64,000 nucleotides of DNA from Betaproteobacteria bacterium (GTDB taxonomy: Bacteria; Pseudomonadota; Gammaproteobacteria; Burkholderiales; Burkholderiaceae_C): positions 2,358 through 66,357 of the forward strand of contig JANOWE010000174.1 in the NCBI GenBank assembly GCA_031417735.1, read 5' to 3'. A model generated the notes under the pieces. The model saw only the letters and a program-made list of their open reading frames with translations. It made no database searches and was not told where the DNA came from. Both the position numbers and the translations under genes were made by a program. Every line of letters begins with the position of its first letter. The stretch's first letter is position 1. Shown here in pieces: positions 48,707 to 58,219 of this stretch.

Positions 48707-49624
48707 ATGACCCCGGAACGCCGGCAAGCCCTGGCCCGCTGGCTGCTGTGGCTGACGCCGCTGGTCTGGTCGTCCAACTACATCATTGCCCGCGCGGCCG
48801 ACGGCGTCATCGCCCCGCATGCCCTGGCCCTGGGCCGCTGGGCCCTGGCCTTCTGCCTGATGCTGCCGCTGGCCTGGCGCGGCCTGCGCGCCGACGGCAT
48901 GGCCTGGCGACAGGAATGGCGCCAGCTGCTGGTGCTGGGCGCGCTGGGCATGTGGGTCTGCGGCGCCTTTGTCTACATCGGCGGCCAGACCACCGCCGCG
49001 CTGAACATCGGCCTGGTCTATGCCGCCACGCCCATCGTCATCGCCGTGGTCAGCGCCCGCGTGCTGCATGAGCGCATGGGCCGCGCGCAATGGGTCGGCG
49101 TGGCGCTGGCTGCGGCCGGTGTGCTGTTCGTCGTCGCCCGTGGCCAGCCGCTGAACCTGGGCCGCGTGCAATGGGTGGTGGGCGACCTGTGGATCCTGGC
49201 CGCCGCGCTGTCCTGGTGCGCCTATTCGGTGCTGCTGCGGCTGTGGCCTTCGCGCCTGGGCACGGCGGCGCGGCTGGTGGCCATCACCGGTGGCGGGCTG
49301 GTGCTGCTGCTGCCCTTCACGTTGCTGGAATGGTGGCTGATGCCGCGCCTGCCGCTGAGCTGGGCCGCCGCCGGCCTGGTGCTGGCCGCGGCCGTGCTGC
49401 CCGGCGTGCTGGCCTACCAGGCCTATTCCTTCATGCAGCGCGAGATGGGTGCCTCACGCGCGTCGCTGGTCACCTACCTCAGCCCGGTCTATGCCGCCTT
49501 CAGCGCCTGGGTCCTGCTGGGTGAAGCGCCGATGTGGTTCCACGCCGTGGGCGGGGCGCTGATCCTGCCCAGCATCTGGTTTGCCACCCGGGGTGCTGGG
49601 GTGGCGCCGGCGCGGCCACGCTGA
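48707..49624 (+). CDS. DMT/EamA-family transporter
   Basis: WSSNYII; about 10 TM segments; YLSPVY...LLGE. Confidence 0.9.
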   Translation: MTPERRQALARWLLWLTPLVWSSNYIIARAADGVIAPHALALGRWALAFCLMLPLAWRGLRADGMAWRQEWRQLLVLGALGMWVCGAFVYIGGQTTAALNIGLVYAATPIVIAVVSARVLHERMGRAQWVGVALAAAGVLFVVARGQPLNLGRVQWVVGDLWILAAALSWCAYSVLLRLWPSRLGTAARLVAITGGGLVLLLPFTLLEWWLMPRLPLSWAAAGLVLAAAVLPGVLAYQAYSFMQREMGASRASLVTYLSPVYAAFSAWVLLGEAPMWFHAVGGALILPSIWFATRGAGVAPARPR

Positions 49625-49688
49625 CGGCGTCAGCTTGTCGCCGCGGCGCCGGTGCACACTGGCAGCCCCAGCCGTCCGGGCCCCTGCC

Positions 49689-50282
49689 ATGACCGACCCC
49701 CTGCTCATCGACCTGCCGGCGGAGCTGCACACCCCCCGGCTGCTGTTGCGCCCGCCGCGCGCCGGTGACGGTGCCATGCTCTGCCAGGCCGTCACCGATT
49801 CGCTGGCCGAACTGCGCCGCTTTCTGGCCAGCCTGCCCTGGGTCGCCGCCGAGCCCGGCGTGGCCGCGTCCGAGGCCTGGTGCCGCCAGGCGCAGGCCAA
49901 CTTCCTCAGCCGCAAGGACCTGCCGTTTCTGCTGCTGGACAAGGCCGACGGCGGCTTGCGCGGTGTGGTCGGCCTGCACCGCCCCGAATGGACCACGCCC
50001 AAGGCCGAGATCGGCTACTGGGGCCACAGCGGCCATGCCGGCCAGGGCTGCGTCAGCGAGGGCGTGCTGGCCGTGGCCGCGCTGGCCTTTGAACAGCTGG
50101 GGCTGGCGCGGCTGGAACTGATCACCGACCAGGCCAACGAGCCGTCCCGCAGGCTGGCGCTGCGCTGTGGCTTCGGGCTCGAAGGCACCTTGCAACATGA
50201 ACGCCGCGCACCCGACGGCACGCTGCGCAACACCTGCGTCTATGCCCGTCATCCCAAGCCCTTTTCAGAAGCCACTGCATGA
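49689..50282 (+). CDS. GNAT N-acetyltransferase (RimJ/RimL-like)
   Basis: TPRLLLRP; EIGYW...GQG...E; NEPSRRLALRCGF.LEG. Confidence 0.9.
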   Translation: MTDPLLIDLPAELHTPRLLLRPPRAGDGAMLCQAVTDSLAELRRFLASLPWVAAEPGVAASEAWCRQAQANFLSRKDLPFLLLDKADGGLRGVVGLHRPEWTTPKAEIGYWGHSGHAGQGCVSEGVLAVAALAFEQLGLARLELITDQANEPSRRLALRCGFGLEGTLQHERRAPDGTLRNTCVYARHPKPFSEATA

Positions 50283-51325
50283 CACCGTCAAACCCCGCCA
50301 GGATCGCCCTGCTCTACCCCGGTGACCGCGCCGCACGCGACGCCGCCGACCCGTCCGCCAGCCGCTTCGCCGTCTTGTTCGACGCCTTCGCCGCCGCCGG
50401 CGTGGCGGCCAAGCCGGCGGTCTACCACGATGATTTTGCCGACGAGGTGGCGGCGCAGTTGCGCCAGGTGCAGGCGGTGCTGGTCTGGTGCAACCCGATC
50501 GAGCAGGGCCGCCGCCGCGACCGGCTGGACGCGCTGCTGCGCGAGACCGCTCGCCACGGCGTGCTGGTCAGCGCCCACCCCGACGCTGTTCAGCGCCTGG
50601 GCACCAAGGACGTGCTGCTGGCCACCCGTGACCTGGCCTTCGGCAGCGATGTGCACCGGGTCGACAGCCTGGCGCAACTGGCGGCCGAGTTGCCGGCCCG
50701 GCTGCAGCAGGGTCCGCGTGTGCTCAAGCAGCACCGGGGTCACAGCGGCATCGGCGTCTGGCGGGTCGAGGCGGGGGTTGGAGCGGGGGTTGGAGCGAAC
50801 GCGGGCGGCGGCAACCTGTTCACACTGCGCCACGCCCAGCGCAGCAGCGAGCCCGAGCAGGTCGACCTGCCTGGCCTGCTGCAGCGCATGGCGCCCTACT
50901 TCGAACCTGAGCAGGGTGGCCACATGGTCGACCAGTCCTGGCAGGCCCGGCTGGCCGAGGGCATGCTGCGCGCCTACCTGGTCGGCGACCGCGTCAGCGG
51001 CTTCGGCCACCAGGCCGTCAATGCCCTGCACCCGACCGAGTCACAGCCTGGCTCTCGGCTGTACCACGGGCCTGAGCTGCCGGCGTTTCAGGACCTGAGG
51101 CAGCGGCTGGAGCAGGGCTGGATTGCACAGCTGTGCGAATGCGTGGGCTTGGCCGCAGAACAACTGCCGCTGCTGTGGGACTGCGACTTCATGCTGGGTG
51201 ACAGCGCGCCGGGTGAGCCGCAGCGCCATGTGCTGTGCGAGATCAACGTCAGCAGCGTGTCGCCGTTTCCGCCGTCGTCGGTGGCACCGCTGGTGGCGGC
51301 GGTGCGGGCCAGGCTGGGCGGCTGA
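50279..51325 (+). CDS. ATP-grasp-like protein (Cj0069-family-like)
   Basis: VLVWCNPIE; AHPD...LGTKDVL; RVLKQHRGHSGIGVW; WDCDF; LCEINVSSVSP. ATGA overlap with the GNAT. Family name from recollection. Confidence 0.7.
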   Translation: MTPSNPARIALLYPGDRAARDAADPSASRFAVLFDAFAAAGVAAKPAVYHDDFADEVAAQLRQVQAVLVWCNPIEQGRRRDRLDALLRETARHGVLVSAHPDAVQRLGTKDVLLATRDLAFGSDVHRVDSLAQLAAELPARLQQGPRVLKQHRGHSGIGVWRVEAGVGAGVGANAGGGNLFTLRHAQRSSEPEQVDLPGLLQRMAPYFEPEQGGHMVDQSWQARLAEGMLRAYLVGDRVSGFGHQAVNALHPTESQPGSRLYHGPELPAFQDLRQRLEQGWIAQLCECVGLAAEQLPLLWDCDFMLGDSAPGEPQRHVLCEINVSSVSPFPPSSVAPLVAAVRARLGG

Positions 51326-51333
51326 ACGCCCCA

Positions 51334-51355
51334 GGCCTGGCGCCGGCGCCAGGCC
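51334..51355. terminator. Perfect 22-bp GC palindrome GGCCTGGCGCCGGCGCCAGGCC just after the stop (hairpin, possible terminator or REP)
   Basis: Read directly; no U-tract. Confidence 0.35.
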
Positions 51356-51655
51356 GATCACTGCGCTGTCATCCGTTGAAATCAACGGGAGATTTTTGTT
51401 CGGGCGTGGATTGGATGGCGGTGTCAAAGCCGTCGGCCTTAAAGCCTGGCTCCCCCGGCCTTGCCAAGTGAGTTTCTGGCGGGTAAACCCCTGGATGACG
51501 TGCGCCTGGCGCCCACAGCCACCGCGCCCGGTTCAATGCCGAACCCCCGATTCAAGGGGCTGACCATTCAAATCAGCAGCCATCCGCCCGGATTGACTTG
51601 ACCGGTAGTGCCAATAACCGGACTATGAAGTTTGATCGGTCAATGAAGTCACAAC

Positions 51656-54523
51656 ATGTCAAAAAATCTGCTTCTAGGGTTGTTGTTCGCCGCAACGATG
51701 GCGTTTGCGCAAGGCGATGCGGACATCCCGCCCAAGTTCAGCAACAGCATCAGCGCGGAGGCTTACCACCGGCTGCGCAATGCGCACATGGACCAGCTGC
51801 GCGGCTTGCCTGCGGACCCCAGCCTTCGCCAGGCGGCCATCAACCATCTGGCCAGGCAAAAGAAGACCCTCCGCGACAGACGGACGGCACAGTTGGCGGC
51901 GGGCGCCAGCGTCATCACGCCTGCGCAATGGACGGCGCTGGGTCCGGCACCCATCCCCAATGGTCAGGTCGCGGGCGCGCTGCCTGTCAGTGGTCGCGTG
52001 ACCTCGTTCGTCATGGACCCCAATAATTCCAACAAGCTCTACCTGGGAACCGCGCAGGGCGGCGTTTATCGGTCGCTGGATGCTGGCGCCAACTGGACGC
52101 AGATCTTCGATGGCGCCACCACCTCCGCCATCGGCGCACTGGCGCTGGCGCCCTCCGACTCCACCATACTCTTCGTGGGCACGGGCGAAGCCAACGGCTC
52201 GGGCGACAGCTACGCTGGCGTCGGCATGTACCGCATCGACAACTGCGACACCACGGCCACGCTGGTGGGCCCCATCAACCCCGTGCGCAACTACAACAAC
52301 GCCAGCAGCGTGGCGGTGAGCAACCCGGTCTTCAACGGTCGATCCATCTCCAGCATCGTGGTCAATCCAACCAATCCCAACATCGTCTTTGTCGGCGTGG
52401 CGGGTGGCGTCATTGGCATCGGCGGTGATGTGCCGTTTGGAAACACCATTCCCCCACTCGGCATGCGCGGCCTTTACCGCCTGACCAACGCCACCTCGGC
52501 TCCCGGCAGTGTTGTGGCCCAAAAGCTGACCGTCACGACGGCCGCTCCCGGCTTCGACCTGCCCGCCAGCGGCAACCGAAATATCGACAGCATCTTCATG
52601 GACCCGGGCGATGCCAATACCCTGACCGTCTGGATCAACGGCACCACCACCGCAGGCGATGGCGGCATCTACCGCTCCATCAACGCGCAGGCCGCGACGC
52701 CGACCTTCGCCCAGGTCATGACCACAGCCACCAGCAGCGCCCGTGGCATCCTGCGTGGCTACAAGGAAGGCGCCAATCCCGCCGTGATTTATGTGGCCAG
52801 TGGTGAAAGCACCAATGGCCGTGTTCGCCGTTCCGTCGATGGCGGCGCCAGCTGGTCCGTCGCGCTGTCCACAGGCGCCGGCAGCGGCACCGGCTTCTGC
52901 GGCGGCCAGTGCTTCTACAACATCGGCATCGACGTGCTGCCGGGGCCCACCACGGCCGCCAGCGACGACATCGTCGTCCTGGGTGGCAATGTGGCGGGCA
53001 GCAGCAGCCGCCTCTTCGCCAAATCCACCAATGGCGGCGTCACCTTCACCGAATCCAGCGCAGGCATCCACGCCGATACCCATTTCATCAACATTGATCG
53101 CAACAACACCAGCGTCATCTACCACGGCAACGACGGCGGCGTTGTCAAATCCATCAACGGCGGCACCAGCTGGGCCAGTCTCAACAACGGGCTCAACACC
53201 GTGCAGTTCAGCGGGCTCGCGGTCCACCCCACCGATCCGAAGTGGTCCCTCGGCGGCACCCAGGACAACGGCACCAACATGCTCAGGGCCGATGGCACCT
53301 GGTTCCGGGTCGACTTCGGCGACGGTGGCTACGCGTTGATTGACCGCAACGCCGTCGATACCACCAACATCACGCTGTACCACACCTATTTCAACCAGAC
53401 CAACAATCTGATCGGCTTTGGCCGCGTGCTCAGCGCCGCGTGCGCTACCGAAGGCGAGTGGGTTTTCAAGGGTATCTACGGCGGTAGCGTCGATCCCACT
53501 CCGTATGGCTGCGAAACCAGCACCGATACCTTCAACGGCATTCCAATCACCGATGCCGTCATGTTCTACGCGCCCATGGAACTGGGGCCGGGCAACCCCA
53601 ACACCGTCTACTTCGGCGCCGGCGGCGTGTACCGCTCGACCGACAAGGGTGAATCCATGACCCTGGTCAGCGCGCGCACCGCGTCCGCGGTCAGCACCAT
53701 CGCGGTTTCCCCGCAGGACGACAACTACCGCATCTTCGGTCGCAGGGATGGCACGGTCTTCTTCACCACCACCGGCAGCAGCAGCCCGACGCAGCTGACG
53801 GGCATCCCAGCCAAATACGTTGGTCGCGTTAAGTTCGACCCCACCAACAAGAACACCGCCTATGTGGCGCTGGGTGGTTATTTTGGCGCCACCAACACCG
53901 CCAGTTCCCATGTGTGGAAAGTGACCAATCTGAACACGATCCCCGTGGTGACCGGCATCAACAACGGCCTGCCGGATGTGCCGGTCAACGCGTTCTCGGT
54001 TGATCCAGCCAACGGCAACAACCTTTATGCCGGCACCGATGTGGGCGTCTTTACCTCCACCGATGGTGGCGCCAGCTGGGGCCCCTACGGCTCCGACCTG
54101 CCAGTGGTCGCGGTCTTCGGGATGGAAGTTCAGCCCACCGCGCGCAAACTGCGCATCGCCACCCACGGCCGCGGCATGTGGGAAATCGGTCTGCCTGCAG
54201 CCAATGTCACCAGCAAGTTCAGTGTTTCCAACAACGTGCCGTCGTTCAACCGTGGCACCGGCAAGTGGACCCAGGCTGTCACCGTTACCAACAACGATGC
54301 GGCTGCCACCCAAGTCGCGTTCGTGCTGGACAACCTGGCTGCCGGCTGGACGCTGACCAACGGCGACGGCGTCACCAGCGCGACCACGCCTGCGGGCAGC
54401 GCTTACAAGGTTCTGGGCTCCATTGGCGCGGGTGCTTCTTCCAGCTTCCAACTGCAGTTCAACCGGGTCGGTACACCGGCATTCACCTACACGCCCCGGC
54501 TGCTGGACGGCACGCCGCGCTAA
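51656..54523 (+). CDS. Secreted Asp-box (BNR) repeat beta-propeller protein with C-terminal Ig-like domain, 955 aa
   Basis: Sec signal; Asp-boxes RSLDAGANW, RSVDGGASW, KSTNGGVTF, KSINGGTSW, RSTDKGES and TSTDGGASW; GTQDNG; ATHGRGMW. Confidence 0.85.
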   Translation: MSKNLLLGLLFAATMAFAQGDADIPPKFSNSISAEAYHRLRNAHMDQLRGLPADPSLRQAAINHLARQKKTLRDRRTAQLAAGASVITPAQWTALGPAPIPNGQVAGALPVSGRVTSFVMDPNNSNKLYLGTAQGGVYRSLDAGANWTQIFDGATTSAIGALALAPSDSTILFVGTGEANGSGDSYAGVGMYRIDNCDTTATLVGPINPVRNYNNASSVAVSNPVFNGRSISSIVVNPTNPNIVFVGVAGGVIGIGGDVPFGNTIPPLGMRGLYRLTNATSAPGSVVAQKLTVTTAAPGFDLPASGNRNIDSIFMDPGDANTLTVWINGTTTAGDGGIYRSINAQAATPTFAQVMTTATSSARGILRGYKEGANPAVIYVASGESTNGRVRRSVDGGASWSVALSTGAGSGTGFCGGQCFYNIGIDVLPGPTTAASDDIVVLGGNVAGSSSRLFAKSTNGGVTFTESSAGIHADTHFINIDRNNTSVIYHGNDGGVVKSINGGTSWASLNNGLNTVQFSGLAVHPTDPKWSLGGTQDNGTNMLRADGTWFRVDFGDGGYALIDRNAVDTTNITLYHTYFNQTNNLIGFGRVLSAACATEGEWVFKGIYGGSVDPTPYGCETSTDTFNGIPITDAVMFYAPMELGPGNPNTVYFGAGGVYRSTDKGESMTLVSARTASAVSTIAVSPQDDNYRIFGRRDGTVFFTTTGSSSPTQLTGIPAKYVGRVKFDPTNKNTAYVALGGYFGATNTASSHVWKVTNLNTIPVVTGINNGLPDVPVNAFSVDPANGNNLYAGTDVGVFTSTDGGASWGPYGSDLPVVAVFGMEVQPTARKLRIATHGRGMWEIGLPAANVTSKFSVSNNVPSFNRGTGKWTQAVTVTNNDAAATQVAFVLDNLAAGWTLTNGDGVTSATTPAGSAYKVLGSIGAGASSSFQLQFNRVGTPAFTYTPRLLDGTPR

Positions 54524-54559
54524 GCCCCATCAAATAACGAGAAGATCGCAAGGATTTTT

Positions 54560-55210
54560 ATGATGAAACTCTCTCTTCTGTTGGCCGGACTCGTTTCGGC
54601 CACCGCTTTGCAGGCCTCCCCGGTCTACGACAACACCACCACGGATACCTTTGACACCGTGGTCTATTCAACTGCCCCCTACACCGAAATCGGTGATCGG
54701 ATCCAACTGGCCGGAACGGAGCGCAGCGCGGGCACCGCCGCCGCCCAGGTCTACAACCTAGGGTCCGGCGGCAACTTTGACGCCACGCTCTACCTCTATG
54801 GTTTGGCTTCCAACAGCGTTGATGTAGGCAGCTTGTTGGGTTCGTACACAGCGGCCGGCCTGGCCCTAGCCAACGGTGCCCTGCTCGAGGTGAGTTGGTC
54901 ACTGGCCGGTTTGACATTGCCGGACGAGTTGTTTTTCACGGTGTCGGTGGACAACTTCAGCTCCGGCATGGACCTCGGCCTCACTGTGTTCAATCCGCCC
55001 ACGGTTGGCTCGTCCAGTGACCAGTTCCTGGTCGTCAAGGGGGCCAGCGGCTTCGCGCAGGCCTCCCAGGGTAACGGGCATGACAACATCTACTTCCGGC
55101 TGGACGCGACCAGTGCCAATGCCGTTCCCGAACCTGGTTCGGCTGGCTTGGTGTTCCTGGCCATGCTGCCCTTGCTTGCCATCCGGGGCCGTCGCGCCGT
55201 ACCCGGATAA
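54560..55210 (+). CDS. PEP-CTERM sorting domain-containing secreted protein
   Basis: Signal peptide; C-terminal VPEPGS, hydrophobic helix, then basic RGRR. Confidence 0.9.
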   Translation: MMKLSLLLAGLVSATALQASPVYDNTTTDTFDTVVYSTAPYTEIGDRIQLAGTERSAGTAAAQVYNLGSGGNFDATLYLYGLASNSVDVGSLLGSYTAAGLALANGALLEVSWSLAGLTLPDELFFTVSVDNFSSGMDLGLTVFNPPTVGSSSDQFLVVKGASGFAQASQGNGHDNIYFRLDATSANAVPEPGSAGLVFLAMLPLLAIRGRRAVPG

Positions 55211-55251
55211 GCTCGCCGGCCCTGGGAGCCTGTCGGGTTGTGAGGTGAACC

Positions 55252-55734
55252 ATGGTCTGCAGGCGGTGTTTGCTTCTGGTGTTTTCGGCGATGACCATGT
55301 CAGCTCAGGCCCAACCCGGTTTGGCCTTTGGCCTGCTCGGCATGGCCGAAGGCCAGAGTCTTCGCATCAATGCGCTGAATCTGGGTAGTCGCTCGTCAAC
55401 GCCAGCTTCCGGGTGTGAAGTGACCTTGCGTTTTCTGGACGCGAAGGGCCTTGTACTGCGCGAAAAAGTGCTGCACCTGTCGGTGGGCCAAGGCGCTTTT
55501 TTCGACCTTCGACGCGCACAGGTTTCCGACCAGCCTGGCCGTGCCTCGGTTCGCGCCGTGCTGCTGTTCGGCGTCACCGGTGGCGGTGCTCCTCCGGGAC
55601 CCGACGCCCGCCAGAACTTCGACTGCAACATCGTTCCGACATTGGAACTTGTTGACGATGCCACCGGCCGCACCACGCTTGTTCTGACCGATGCCAAACC
55701 GCTCCCGCTGCCCGACCAGCGAGCAACCAGTTAG
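55252..55734 (+). CDS. Hypothetical secreted beta-sandwich protein with two Cys
   Basis: Signal-like N-terminus; GAGG RBS; FGLLGMAEGQSLRINALN...CEVTLRF...CNIVPTLELVD. Confidence 0.7.
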   Translation: MVCRRCLLLVFSAMTMSAQAQPGLAFGLLGMAEGQSLRINALNLGSRSSTPASGCEVTLRFLDAKGLVLREKVLHLSVGQGAFFDLRRAQVSDQPGRASVRAVLLFGVTGGGAPPGPDARQNFDCNIVPTLELVDDATGRTTLVLTDAKPLPLPDQRATS

Positions 55735-55979
55735 CAGCGCCAACCCGTGGCGACGGCCCGCGGACGCAGAAATCCAAATCCCATCTGCAAGGCGGAAAAC
55801 CGGTTTGCGGCGATCTGAACACCACTGCCCGGGTACCGCGACCGGCATCTTGGCTGCCTCGCGGTGGAGGTGGCCATGCGATCGGCTCTCGCGGCAGGGT
55901 TCAGACTGCTGTTAGCAGCGCTGCAGCAGCCCGGCGCGGGCGGCAGGTCGAGGGCGATGTATTACTTCATGCCAAGACA

Positions 55980-56609
55980 TCAATCCACGAGAATGCCCAT
56001 CACTTCCAGCACGCACAGAGCGCCCAACACCACCAGCGCCGCTACCGCACCGTAGCGCACATTGCGGGGCGATGCGTTTGCTGCGATCCAGCCCCGAGCA
56101 CGGGCGCCGAGTGTCACTGCCAACCCGCCTTTGGTGACCATGGCCAGCACCGCTGCCACCCAAACCACCAACGCCATGCCGATGTGGCCTTGTCCAAGCT
56201 GAGGTGCATTGCTGACGGCCGTCGCGGCAAAGACGCCTGCGGTCACCATCCCCTTGTCGCCCCATTCCGCCAGCAGAATTGTCGAGAAAGTGACCGCCGC
56301 GCCCCTGATGGGGCTGGCATCCTTCTCCTTGAGCGCGACTACATCCGGCTGGCGCCACACAGCGATCGCGATGGTCACGAAGCTGACCGCCGTGAGCACC
56401 GCAACCAGCCAAGGCGGCAGCAACTCGCCGATGGCCGCCCCCACCGCGACCGCGACCGCCATTTTCGCCATGAACGCCAGACTCATGCCGCTGATCACGG
56501 GCCCCCAGCGGAATCGAGTCGCCAGGATGCTCGAGGTATAGAGCAGTTTGTCGCCGACGATCTCGGCAATGAAAACCGCAGCGTAGGCGGCGAAGAAAGC
56601 GGCGAACAT
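55980..56609 (-). CDS. GDT1/TMEM165 (UPF0016)-like Ca2+/Mn2+ transporter, divergent motifs
   Basis: Two repeats with AEIVGDK and AEWGDK (canonical E-x-G-D-[KR]-[ST]); about 6 TM segments. Confidence 0.75.
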   Translation of the reverse strand: MFAAFFAAYAAVFIAEIVGDKLLYTSSILATRFRWGPVISGMSLAFMAKMAVAVAVGAAIGELLPPWLVAVLTAVSFVTIAIAVWRQPDVVALKEKDASPIRGAAVTFSTILLAEWGDKGMVTAGVFAATAVSNAPQLGQGHIGMALVVWVAAVLAMVTKGGLAVTLGARARGWIAANASPRNVRYGAVAALVVLGALCVLEVMGILVD

Positions 56610-56720
56610 GGCAACCCCCGAAACGGAACAGTGTTCCGTCGAACCTGTCGCCGCTATGGGCGCGCTAGAGTTTGCAAGGCCCAGGACTGCACAGCCTTGA
56701 TTCAAGGAACACTATAAGCA

Positions 56721-57989
56721 ATGAAACAAGGTCTTGACAGTGACATTCACCCGCAAACCGAGACGGCCGCGCAGTGGCTGGGCATCAATCGTGCAACGCT
56801 CGCGGTGCTGGTCGTCATTGGCTGCCTGGGGCTCAGCGAAGAGATCTGGGCCAGCTACCTGGCACTCCATTTGGCCAATGAAACAGCGTCGGTGCTCAAG
56901 GCTGCACAGTACGTGGGCGTGATCGCCTTCGCCCAGAACGTGCTCGAGGGCTTTGGCTACATCATCGGCGGCAGCTTGGCGCACCGCATGGGCGCGCGGC
57001 TGGCACTGGCGGTTTCGGCGATTCCCATGGCCATCGGCTTCGCCGTCATGCTCAGCACCCATTCCCCGCTGGGCATCGCGATCGGCGCGGTGCTCATGAC
57101 GAGCTGGGAACCGCTTTCCGTGCCGGCCACTTTTGACGTCGTGGGCAGCGAGGTTCCCAAGAACCGGCGCACCGTCGCGTTCGCGGTGCAGAGCATCCAG
57201 AAGCGGCTGCCCAAGGTGATCGGCCCGGCCGTCGGCGCGGCGGTGTTCGTGACGATGGGTTACCGGGCCAACGTCGCGCTGGCCTTCGCGCTGCTGGGCC
57301 TGGCGGTGATGCTGCAACTCATGCTGTCGCGGCGCATGCGCCCGAAGGCGCTGCCCACGCATGTGCCGTTCTCGACGATCGTGCGCAGCATGCCGCGAGA
57401 TCTGCGCATGTTGTTGACGGCCGAGATCTTCATTCGCTGGGGTGACTGGTTCGTACGCAGTTTCTCCGCGCTCTATGTGTACAGTTTCCTTACCACCGAG
57501 CAGGGTTGGACGGCACCCCGGGCTGTGGCTGCGGTGGGCATGCTGATCGCGATCACCAACCTCACGGCCCTGGCGACATACATCCCGGTGGCCAAATGGG
57601 TAGACCGTTCGCCGTCGCCCAAGCCCTTCATCGGCATGACGTTCTTTCTGTTCGCCATCTTTCCGATTTGTCTGGTGATTCTGCCGCGCGCCGCCCTGTG
57701 GGCTGGCGCGCCTGTCATCGCAGGGCTGGTCGCCGCTTACGCACTCAACGGCCTTCGGGAGATTGGCGAACCAGCGCGCAAGGCGCTGATCTCTGGCGGT
57801 TTCGCACCCGAAATTCGAGCTCGCGCCGTCGGTCTCTATTGGGGGCTGCGGTCGTTTGCCTACTGCCCCGCGCCCCTGGTTGCTGTGCTCTTGTGGAGCA
57901 CCATTGGTCCGGAACGCACGTTCCTGATCGCCGGGGGTGTCGGTCTGATCGGTACCGTCGCTTATGCCATCGCCGGAAGCCGGAGCTGA
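56721..57989 (+). CDS. MFS transporter
   Basis: About 12 TM segments; GGSLAHRMGARLAL motif A-like; second-half repeat WVDR..SPKP. Confidence 0.88.
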   Translation: MKQGLDSDIHPQTETAAQWLGINRATLAVLVVIGCLGLSEEIWASYLALHLANETASVLKAAQYVGVIAFAQNVLEGFGYIIGGSLAHRMGARLALAVSAIPMAIGFAVMLSTHSPLGIAIGAVLMTSWEPLSVPATFDVVGSEVPKNRRTVAFAVQSIQKRLPKVIGPAVGAAVFVTMGYRANVALAFALLGLAVMLQLMLSRRMRPKALPTHVPFSTIVRSMPRDLRMLLTAEIFIRWGDWFVRSFSALYVYSFLTTEQGWTAPRAVAAVGMLIAITNLTALATYIPVAKWVDRSPSPKPFIGMTFFLFAIFPICLVILPRAALWAGAPVIAGLVAAYALNGLREIGEPARKALISGGFAPEIRARAVGLYWGLRSFAYCPAPLVAVLLWSTIGPERTFLIAGGVGLIGTVAYAIAGSRS

Positions 57990-58021
57990 GTGCCTCCCGG
58001 CGGCTCAGGGATCGCCGCGAT

Positions 58022-58219
58022 GAGCTTCAGTGCGCTGTCGCGGTCGGCCATGTCGTACTAAGCCTCCACTTGCAGCAACACCCTCCCACGGGAGGGCAGC
58101 TTCATCAATCAGGTGATGATCTTGGACACCACAGCCTGCAGCGCTTCATCGGTCGGCGCGGGTACTTCGATGAACTCGGGCGCGCCATTCGCGCCGGGCC
58201 AGTACACATTCGAGATCAT
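58022..58219 (-). pseudogene. Degraded IS91/ISCR-like (rolling-circle) transposase fragment with two in-frame stops
   Basis: Manual translation: MISNVYWPGANGAPEFIEVPAPTDEALQAVVSKIIT*LMKLPSRGRVLLQVEA*YDMADRDSALKL. This resembles the DGVY...GAPEF.EVPAPTDEALQ..LHKIITRLMKLL segment of betaproteobacterial IS91-family transposases, from memory. Confidence 0.65.

Noticed and set aside
50771-50800. Short direct repeat GGGGTTGGAGC x2 inside the ATP-grasp-like gene
   Set aside because: In-frame Gly/Val/Ala linker duplication with no further structure.
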